Positions 57,514 to 64,000 of a DNA stretch of 64,000 bases are shown here, piece by piece. How positions within the stretch are numbered: position 1 is the stretch's first letter; each line of letters starts with the position of its first letter. Where the stretch lies: assembly GCA_023379935.1 (NCBI GenBank), contig JAMCPD010000017.1:67420-131419 (forward strand), read 5' to 3'. Made by a program: the position numbers and the translations under genes. Source of the stretch: Actinomycetota bacterium (GTDB lineage Bacteria; Actinomycetota; Acidimicrobiia; Acidimicrobiales; JAMCPD01). Below the pieces are notes generated by a model, which worked only from the letters and a program-made list of their open reading frames with translations, had not been told where the DNA came from and did no database searches.

Positions 57514-58846
57514 GCCAAGGTCCCACAGCTAAGTTGGTAACGGTAAAAAGAGCCGTCAACAAAAGCAATACGCCGGATATATCTAACAAGCCGGGTAACG
57601 CGAGTAGCAAACCTATAGTAAGTCCTGATGCACCGAGGATGCTTGTAATCAGAGTGATTCTTGCTACATTCTTGTTGTACAGGTCTCCAAAGGATAAGGG
57701 CTTTCCTGCTTTGTTCATACGGACTCCTTTAGTTCGTAGTAGTGAAAACGAGATAAACGGAACGATCTTATGCATATGGCCAATGACCGCCAAAGTAAGC
57801 CAACCCGCCAACGCAGATATAAAAGCAGCAATCAAACGAGATTGGGTTACGCTTCCGGTTGGGACAAGTATGCTTAATACGGCAAGAACTACGGATATAA
57901 CGAGGAATAAAGCTGATGCCAATATGAAAACATGTAACAGTTCCAAATGGCGACGTTTATGGCGTATATAAGATCCCAGTGAACTCAAGTGAGTGATTAT
58001 GCCGGCAAATAGTATTACTCCGCCAATAAAACCCGGTATAGTACTCACCCAGCCACCCGACAACCAGTTACCGGCAGCTATTGAACTTGCGGTAATGAAA
58101 ACACCTATAGCGGTGAGATAGACAGCCCGTTTAGATAGTTTGGTTGATTGGCGATGTGAGAGCAGAAACATGGGCCAGAGTTTTTCCGCAACCGCCATGT
58201 ATGAAATTCCCAAAAATCCGATCAGTCCAAAAAGCGCATGAGCCAACACTAGGTGGGGAGGGAGTGAAAACCATGCCCTGTTCTCATTCAAAGCGTAAGT
58301 AGTGCCAAACAGGGCAGTGATGGTCAGAAAGGATAGTGATAACTTTATACCCATCCCGGATATACTTTTTGTGCCGGAGCGCAAGGGGCCTGACAGGTTC
58401 CATAATGCCATACAGATACCGCTGAATAAGAAGACTCCCGCCAACCCAATAACAACTGTTGAATTCGTGAAGAAGCCTACTGGCAACATCCATGCTCCCG
58501 ACACAAAAACAACCAAAGTCATCCACCCCGCTCTGGCGGAACGTAACTTTTTAGCTGTTATTACGGGAGTGAACTGATGAAGTGCCCCCAGTGCCGCGGT
58601 GGATAGGAAAGCCAGCATCATTAAATGAACCGTTCCGATAGCGGGATAGGAAGTATCGGAGTATACAAGCCAGTTGGAGTTTACGATAACCGCTATCCCA
58701 AAACCGGCCAGCCCCAATAGAGAGGCGGCCAAAAAAGCCAGAGGCAAAAGCGGCGGAGGAGTTGAAGGCCGCAGATTGGGTGTGGGATTTGTAGTTGTAC
58801 TGCCCGGGAGGGATTGGCGCCTGAAAGTAGGTTTACTAACCTGCAT
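57500..58846 (-). CDS. ~12-TM membrane protein, unknown function
   Basis: Long hydrophobic ORF with conserved-looking His residues (GTVHLMML...GALHQFTPV, AHALFG, IGHMHKIVPF). I chose the start at ATG 58846, which overlaps the DUF2249 stop by 11 nt. The ATGs at 58873 and 58924 are also possible. Confidence 0.55.
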   Translation of the reverse strand: MQVSKPTFRRQSLPGSTTTNPTPNLRPSTPPPLLPLAFLAASLLGLAGFGIAVIVNSNWLVYSDTSYPAIGTVHLMMLAFLSTAALGALHQFTPVITAKKLRSARAGWMTLVVFVSGAWMLPVGFFTNSTVVIGLAGVFLFSGICMALWNLSGPLRSGTKSISGMGIKLSLSFLTITALFGTTYALNENRAWFSLPPHLVLAHALFGLIGFLGISYMAVAEKLWPMFLLSHRQSTKLSKRAVYLTAIGVFITASSIAAGNWLSGGWVSTIPGFIGGVILFAGIITHLSSLGSYIRHKRRHLELLHVFILASALFLVISVVLAVLSILVPTGSVTQSRLIAAFISALAGWLTLAVIGHMHKIVPFISFSLLRTKGVRMNKAGKPLSFGDLYNKNVARITLITSILGASGLTIGLLLALPGLLDISGVLLLLTALFTVTNLAVGPWHARL

Positions 58847-59069
58847 TTCTTGTAAAGGTAACTTGCCACTCATTTTGCTCCAATGGTACTGCTTGATAAG
58901 AAAAACCTTGTCCGGAAAGTACACCTTCTAACGGTACCGGTTCAAACGGTGCTATTACTATCAGGTCCTGATCTTCCGCCAGTTCTCCAACTGTCTGCAT
59001 TATTGTATCAAACGGTTCCAAGCCGGCTTTGATAATTGGCCTTACATCCAAAACTCTCGGTTCTGACAT
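58836..59069 (-). CDS. DUF2249 protein
   Basis: 77 aa reading LDVRPIIKAGLEPFDTIMQTV...LIVIAPFEPVPL, a DUF2249 pattern. GGAGAG lies before the ATG. Confidence 0.75.
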   Translation of the reverse strand: MSEPRVLDVRPIIKAGLEPFDTIMQTVGELAEDQDLIVIAPFEPVPLEGVLSGQGFSYQAVPLEQNEWQVTFTRNAG

Positions 59070-59132
59070 TTCACTCTCCTGTTCGTTTTACTGTTTTGTG
59101 CGGTTTAAAAAGTTTTAACAGTTTGCTGCATA

Positions 59133-59156
59133 TTATTCTACTATATACTAGAATAA
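59133..59156. promoter_or_regulatory. operator-like palindrome (site 1)
   Basis: TTATTCTAC-TATATA-CTAGAATAA, with one arm mismatch. It lies 64 nt upstream of the DUF2249 operon start. The minus-strand TAGAAT within it could serve as the -10 box. Confidence 0.6.
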
Positions 59157-59179
59157 ATAGCAAGAGCTAAACAGTAAAT

Positions 59180-59882
59180 TCCATCTTCGGCGATTTTTTT
59201 AAAATGTGACATTTTGAGTGGGTCATAATTCTTATTTGTCCAGGGATTTTGCCCTGGTCGCGAATTACCGAAAAAGTCATTGTTGGAGAACAGATTAAAG
59301 ACGACAAACGAACGCTGAAACTCATCAAACACATTGCAACGGCCAAAACCGATGAAGAACTGGAAATTCTAAAGTCAATTGCTAAAGAGGAAGGATTAAA
59401 ACTATCCAAAGGAGGTCAGCTAAGTTTCAATTTAGGCCAAGATCCTTTTAACTCACTTTTTACCTTGGGATTTTACAACCATGGAGCAGAAGTTATCTTT
59501 GGAAGCATTTTTAACTCCTTTGGAATTTGCAACCGAGTGGCTCACCTCTTTGCTGAGGCTTTTGACCGTTGCCCGCATTATTCATCCGGGCTCAAAGAGA
59601 AATACTGCCTGACGATTAGATGCAAAAAACTATGGGATCAGGCTACTCATTGGATTAGATCTACAGATTTTTAGATGTGATTTTCAAGAAGAGAAAAGAT
59701 ATTGAAAGCGCTTTAAGTGACACAGAACGTTCATCAACAACACTAACTCAGCCGTAATTGGAAATAAACGAAAGTCACACCTTATAGATCCTCTTTACAC
59801 CAAGGAATTCTCGGAAATCCTAGAATCTGCCAAGAAAACCTAAAGCGGAGCTAAAAATCCATACCTATTTGCGGAAGACGGA
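59180..59882 (+). mobile_element. degenerate IS remnant (IS1634/IS4-like transposase N-terminal fragment) bounded by a 15-nt direct repeat
   Basis: ORF 59249-59674 reads KVIVGEQIKDDKRTLKLIKHIATAKTDEELEILKSIAKEE...VIFGSIFNSFG. This resembles the N-terminus of IS1634-family transposases, but no DDE core is present. AGCTAAACAGTAAAT occurs at 59165-59179 and 59883-59897. Confidence 0.4.
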
Positions 59883-59940
59883 AGCTAAACAGTAAATAAT
59901 TAGTCAATACTGAGGTGTAACATAAAAAGCTCTTCCTTGC

Positions 59941-60900
59941 TTAGCGTCTTTTTCTTTTATTTCTGGAAGAATTCTTCCTTCGTCTTTTTCCGTTATTATT
60001 GGAAAAAGAGCTGGTAGTCCGATCGGCAATGGTGGCTATAACGGAGGCAATGGTCATTATTATCATCAATAGATCCAACACTACTCGTACTATGATTATC
60101 ACTCCGTACTTAATTTCCTGTCCAAACCTGTTCAAGCTCTCTCTTTTGGTCAATTGCGCGGTTTTATAAAACTTGAAAGCCCCGGGGTCTTTTCTGTAAG
60201 TACTTCGAATCGCCATTTCACCAAAAAACATTATAAAACCGGTAAAAAAGAGAACTGTTATTAGTCCCTCGTAGAAAGCGTTTATTGTTTGGGAGAGGTT
60301 TGGACTATTTGTCATTAGCATAGCAATTAGCGTTACAGGCATGCCAAGGAGAACAATAACGGGTATCATCAGAAAAACCCCTTTATATGGTCGTTTGTAG
60401 ATTGCGTTCATTATTTTCCCCCGGGTAGTTATACTCTTACCACCATAATAATAACCTATTCCACTGGTTGAATAGCGGCTATAGCCGTCGGAATAAGCGT
60501 TAAAGTTATAGTCATCATCATAGTTGCGTTGATACTTGTCTTCTTCCTCGCTGTCCTCGTCGGAATAAGCGTCAAAGTTATAGTCATCATCATAGTTGCG
60601 TTGATACTTGTCTTCTTCCTCGCTGTCCTCGTCGGAATAAGCGTCAAAGTTATAGTCATCATCATGAAAGCTTTCATCGGTGGCAGAAGAGTCAGGTTGT
60701 TTCAATCTGTCATCATATTGACGTCTCCGATCTGGATCGGAGAGGGTTTCGTAAGCTTCCCGTATGGTCCTAAAAAGTGCATTGGTGCCTCCCTTATCCG
60801 GATGCACCTGTTGTGCTAACTTTTTATATGCACGATGTATCTCTTCTTGGGTGGCATCTGCCCCGACTCCCAGTACCTCATAATATGTGTCTGTCGCCAT
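59941..60900 (-). CDS. J-domain (DnaJ-like) membrane protein with acidic tandem repeats and polybasic tail
   Basis: J domain YYEVLGV...HPDKGG...YETLSDPDRRRQYD, then 2.4 copies of DDDYNFDAYSDEDSEEEDKYQRNY. Four TM helices follow, and the C-terminus reads GKRRRKNSSRNKRKRR. Confidence 0.8.
   Translation of the reverse strand: MATDTYYEVLGVGADATQEEIHRAYKKLAQQVHPDKGGTNALFRTIREAYETLSDPDRRRQYDDRLKQPDSSATDESFHDDDYNFDAYSDEDSEEEDKYQRNYDDDYNFDAYSDEDSEEEDKYQRNYDDDYNFNAYSDGYSRYSTSGIGYYYGGKSITTRGKIMNAIYKRPYKGVFLMIPVIVLLGMPVTLIAMLMTNSPNLSQTINAFYEGLITVLFFTGFIMFFGEMAIRSTYRKDPGAFKFYKTAQLTKRESLNRFGQEIKYGVIIIVRVVLDLLMIIMTIASVIATIADRTTSSFSNNNGKRRRKNSSRNKRKRR
60489..60664 (-). repeat. 72-bp tandem repeat, 2.4 copies, in-frame in the J-domain gene
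   Basis: Units start at 60489, 60561 and 60633 (cggaataagcgtyaaagttatagtcatcatcatagttgcg...) and are nearly perfect. Confidence 0.9.
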
Positions 60901-61031
60901 ACAGCATTAATTATAGCTTGGGATGCAATATCGTTTAGAAAAATTAATCTCCGGTTCCGGCTGCTACTTTCATTTTAACTCTTTTGTTCTTTGGTTGTTT
61001 AAAAAATTTCCGACAGTCCTGCAGTATATAT

Positions 61032-61055
61032 TTATTCTAGTATATGCTAGAATAA
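61032..61055. promoter_or_regulatory. operator-like palindrome (site 2, perfect)
   Basis: TTATTCTAG-TATATG-CTAGAATAA has perfect arms, and the arms extend to 10 nt as TTTATTCTAG/CTAGAATAAA. It lies 50 nt upstream of the hemerythrin gene and contains TAGAAT. Confidence 0.65.
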
Positions 61056-61105
61056 ATAATAAGTAGTTAACACTAAATAAGTTAAAATATAAGGAGATCA
61101 GAAAG

Positions 61106-61957
61106 ATGAAGATAAGTGTAACCAAAACAAACAGTACGGCTGGCACAGAGGTGCTTAGGGATGCACAAGGCGGCAAGGCTAACCAATCCGGTCAATCTGA
61201 CGATGAAGCGTTTTCAGCGATGTTGGCTCATCATAAGGCTTTGGTAGAAACCGCTCGGGAGTGTGTAAAGGCGCTTAATGTAGCCATACATGAGGGGGAT
61301 GCATATGAGACAACTCAGTCTGAGTTTATAACCTACTTTGTTGACCAAGTACTGCCACATGCTAAAGCAGAAGAGGAAACCGTTTATCCGGCTGCTGCAA
61401 CCCAAGTTGGACTTGGGAACCTGGTGGAGCGTATGATAGCTGAACACCGTGAGCTTGAGTACCAATTGAAATTATTGCAGCAAGTTACAACTCCGTTTGA
61501 TGTCATGAAGGTTGCCACGCATATGGTTGATCTTTTTGAAAAACATGTAAATGTTGAAAACCAGCAGATACTGCCTGTTCTTTTAAACAGTGATGTCAAC
61601 AGTCTAAGCGAGATTCTTTCAGCTCTTCACGAACATTACGAGTTGTTATGCAGGTCAAGCGGTGCGGTAAAAACGGATGGCGACATTGAGAGTGAGGGCG
61701 ATAAGGGAAACAAAGGCGCCAGAGAGGTTGTCGGACCTTATGTTCTGGATGTACGTAACCTGCCACCGGCACAACGGCATCAGACAATTTTTGCCACATT
61801 CAACGGTTTGGCTCCCTTGGCCAGTTTTGTGCTTGTGAACGACCATGATCCAAAGCCGCTTTATTACCAGTTCAATGCCGAGTATACCGGAGAGTTTGGT
61901 TGGGAATATTTGGAGTCGGGTCCTGAAGTTTGGCGAGTAAGAATTTTTAAGCAGTAA
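61106..61957 (+). CDS. hemerythrin-like (HHE) domain protein fused to C-terminal DUF2249
   Basis: Hemerythrin-type His/Glu pattern (HHKAL...PHAKAEEETVYP...AEHRELE...FEKHVNVEN), then LDVRNLPPAQRHQTIFATF...VLVNDHDPKPL, which is DUF2249-like. AAGGAGA lies before the ATG. Confidence 0.75.
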   Translation: MKISVTKTNSTAGTEVLRDAQGGKANQSGQSDDEAFSAMLAHHKALVETARECVKALNVAIHEGDAYETTQSEFITYFVDQVLPHAKAEEETVYPAAATQVGLGNLVERMIAEHRELEYQLKLLQQVTTPFDVMKVATHMVDLFEKHVNVENQQILPVLLNSDVNSLSEILSALHEHYELLCRSSGAVKTDGDIESEGDKGNKGAREVVGPYVLDVRNLPPAQRHQTIFATFNGLAPLASFVLVNDHDPKPLYYQFNAEYTGEFGWEYLESGPEVWRVRIFKQ

Positions 61958-62323
61958 CGGACTGCTTTGTGAGGCTTACTTGTATCAACGACTGTTATTT
62001 ATCCATATTAATTACAGATGAAAATTTGTATATAACAGTTTTTAATCCAATATGTGTTGTTAATGTATAGGTATTTATGGTATGCCTGTTTTGTTGCGTA
62101 TGCCTACTCGTGGCAGAGTTTGAAAGCTTTCGACGCACGGTTTAGGAATCAGACTGAGTTCGTCCGTCTAGTAGTCTCTAGTATCATTTAGCCTGTTCAG
62201 TGGGGGTGTCAGTCCGTCTAGTATTGTCCTGTATCAAGCAATATCGGGCAATTCATTCCCAATTCATTCCCAAAAGTGCCTCCAAATTCCTATCAATTAC
62301 AGATTTGATAGGAAACACATTGT

Positions 62324-62353
62324 AACAGTATACCATTTTAGTGGTATACTGTT
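62324..62353. promoter_or_regulatory. 12-nt perfect inverted repeat (candidate TA operator) overlapping a -10 box
   Basis: AACAGTATACCA-TTTTAG-TGGTATACTGTT ends 3 nt before ATG 62357. TATACT at 62345-62350 lies 6 nt before the ATG with no SD, which suggests a leaderless mRNA. Confidence 0.6.
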
Positions 62354-62356
62354 TAT

Positions 62357-62659
62357 ATGGCTAAAAGGAAAATAACACTCTATATAGATGAATCTGTAGC
62401 TAAAGCAGCCAAAGTGTCTGCTATTGCTACAAAGTGTACTGAAAGTGTCTTGGTTGAAAAAGCAATAATTTCGTATCTTGACACTAAGGACATCAAAACC
62501 GCTAAAGCCGATCTCATGAAATTATTGGATGAAGTAGCTGTATCTTCAAATCCAGTGAATATATCAGAAGACGATATTATGGATCTGGCGGTAAAAGAGA
62601 CCAAATTAGTCCGCAAGAATAGACAAGATAAACAACAATCAAAAGCAAAAATTAGTTGA
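62357..62659 (+). CDS. ribbon-helix-helix (CopG-like) antitoxin candidate
   Basis: MAKRKITLYIDESVAKAAK... has an RHH-like N-terminus. The stop overlaps the PIN gene start (TTGA). Confidence 0.6.
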   Translation: MAKRKITLYIDESVAKAAKVSAIATKCTESVLVEKAIISYLDTKDIKTAKADLMKLLDEVAVSSNPVNISEDDIMDLAVKETKLVRKNRQDKQQSKAKIS

Positions 62660-63084
62660 CCACTCCATTGCGAGCAATCGCTGACACTAATGTATTAGTT
62701 TCAGCTATTTGCTTTCCTTCGGGTGTTGGTGCCAAATTGCTTTCATTAGCGATTGACGGCAGTTGGCAAATAGTTGCATCACCGATATTACTCAATGAAC
62801 TAAGTGAGGTGCTTTTGAGAAATAAATTTCGTCGCTACCTTGGAGTAGATCAATGCCAAAGATATATTTCAGATATAGAAACCCTCGCAGAAGTTATCGA
62901 CGACCCACTATCCGCTCCTCTTAGGGTTACTCGTGATCCTAAGGACGATTTCCTTATAGCTCTTGCTTACAAAGCATCTGTTGAGATTTTGATTTCTGGT
63001 GATAAAGATTTGCAAGTTCTAAAACTGAACAACTTATTAGTCCGATCTCCCAAGGAATTTCTGTCCCTTCTCATTGAACGATAA
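62656..63084 (+). CDS. PIN-domain toxin candidate
   Basis: The ADTNVLVSA N-terminal acidic motif, a later SGDKDL, 142 aa, and pairing with an RHH gene all fit a PIN-family toxin. Confidence 0.7.
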   Translation: MTTPLRAIADTNVLVSAICFPSGVGAKLLSLAIDGSWQIVASPILLNELSEVLLRNKFRRYLGVDQCQRYISDIETLAEVIDDPLSAPLRVTRDPKDDFLIALAYKASVEILISGDKDLQVLKLNNLLVRSPKEFLSLLIER

Positions 63085-63097
63085 TTCTTCAAACTAT

Positions 63098-64000
63098 CTA
63101 TAATCGCCTTACCATGTCATCCAAGCTAGTCACGACATCATAATCAACATCTATTGCCTCGAAGTGTCGCCTGCCACAATTGATTTTGATATTTTCCTCC
63201 CTACGTCTTTCCCCTGCTACCAATGTGCTCTTAGTTTCTCTCACTAAATATATTCTGGCATCTTGTTCAAATACAATCGCCCAGTCTGGGTTATACGAAC
63301 CAACTGGCGTGTCAACTTTAAACCAACTGGGAAGTTTCAAAAAGTACTTGACATCCTTATTGTCATCTAGTGCTTTAGCAAATGCTTTTTCAACCTTGGA
63401 GTCGAATTCCACATAGTCATACGGTGTTTTATTTAAGTTTCTAACTTTATATAGGTTGTCCAAATAGCATTCAAGTACATGAGATGTCTCAGACTCCAAC
63501 CGGTGCATCTCCCATACTTGACCTGCTAATTTCTCGTATCTAATTCCCTCAACCATTAAGGTGTCAAGGTGTTGGCGTATTTCATGGGCAACCATGGTAA
63601 GAAACGCTTGTGGATTTATCTTAAACTCATCTAACCTGCCACTTTTTAAAAGAATCTTACTGAGTGTCATTCTTGTCAACTCTGTTTCATTCTGCAAGTA
63701 GTCCAAAATATCAGGTAAAAATCGCGGAAGTGATGTGTCATATGATCCGGTTTCGATGATCTTGTCGGCTTTAATTCCGCCCTTGTTTGTTTCAACTTTG
63801 ACGACATCAACCATAAGTTTGATTGGAGTAATCTTTGGAGCGGTTTTCAAATTCCTAATTACGTCGTCGACAAGTTGATCGCTGGAAAACTCAACCCGAT
63901 ATCGCGTTCGTGGACTGATTTTTTCCCACAACTCTTTAAATCCTTGATCAAGAGTAACTTCCTTGTTAAATGCAACCCGTTGACGATGTCTAGCATCTTT
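63098..64000 (-). CDS. type III restriction endonuclease Res subunit, C-terminal part (gene continues beyond the window)
   Basis: The frame stays open to the window edge. The C-terminal PD-(D/E)xK nuclease motif is YNPDWAIVFEQDARIYLVRETKS, and the preceding region resembles COG3587-type Res proteins. Confidence 0.6.
   Translation of the reverse strand, partial: KDARHRQRVAFNKEVTLDQGFKELWEKISPRTRYRVEFSSDQLVDDVIRNLKTAPKITPIKLMVDVVKVETNKGGIKADKIIETGSYDTSLPRFLPDILDYLQNETELTRMTLSKILLKSGRLDEFKINPQAFLTMVAHEIRQHLDTLMVEGIRYEKLAGQVWEMHRLESETSHVLECYLDNLYKVRNLNKTPYDYVEFDSKVEKAFAKALDDNKDVKYFLKLPSWFKVDTPVGSYNPDWAIVFEQDARIYLVRETKSTLVAGERRREENIKINCGRRHFEAIDVDYDVVTSLDDMVRRL

Noticed and set aside
59141-59409. 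Minus-strand ORFs 59141-59332 and 59167-59409 next to operator site 1.
   Set aside because: They are short, AT-rich and overlap each other and the IS-remnant ORF. I saw no RBS or motif, so they are probably decayed non-coding DNA.

Overview
This 64-kb chromosomal window looks actinobacterial (Actinomycetota), with low GC for the phylum (mid-40s % by eye). All family names are from reading the translations; no database search was run, and domain boundaries are approximate.

**Housekeeping backbone**
- disA and carD-ispD-ispF.
- A DUF4129-DUF4350-MoxR-DUF58-SpoIIM-like-RDD cluster.
- HemQ, citrate synthase, tesB and otsA/otsB.
- A stand-alone GGM-tailed groEL behind a perfect CIRCE.
- One tRNA-Thr(UGU).

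**Best candidate for a novel system**
- About 16 kb of accessory genes lies between otsB and otsA.
- It holds a 12.3-kb two-gene operon (2001 aa and 2104 aa) for secreted mosaic proteins. They are built from 49 Cys-pair repeat blades, arranged as 14+14 and 7+7+7, which suggests seven 7-bladed propellers.
- The blades are combined with IPT/TIG and He_PIG Ig domains and an unnamed ~150-aa PYRxCDTR domain.
- The second protein is a sedolisin (S53) protease with one seven-blade block inserted inside its catalytic domain.
- A divergent SARP/BTAD-P-loop regulator sits next to two 11-bp direct repeats at the operon promoter.
- A third secreted protein (3 PYRxCDTR domains plus Kelch repeats) lies 7 kb away.

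**Other notable items**
- A SAM-I riboswitch controls a Zn-ribbon threonine-synthase homolog plus a MoaD-like carrier. This looks like a MetM/MetO-type homocysteine route.
- A four-gene translationally coupled operon encodes a Cys4 miniprotein, HemQ, a LarE-like protein and a NIL-domain protein.
- Three tandem paralogs each carry two YbjQ domains.
- A 24-bp palindromic operator occurs three times. It links an ArsR-like regulator to DUF2249, hemerythrin, 12-TM and DUF59 genes.
- CarD carries a histone-tail-like N-terminal repeat.
- Many starts look leaderless, and short perfect tandem duplications recur.
- The AT-rich right end carries an IS remnant, a J-domain membrane protein, an RHH-PIN pair and a truncated type III Res gene.
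- No CRISPR array, rRNA or prophage was seen.
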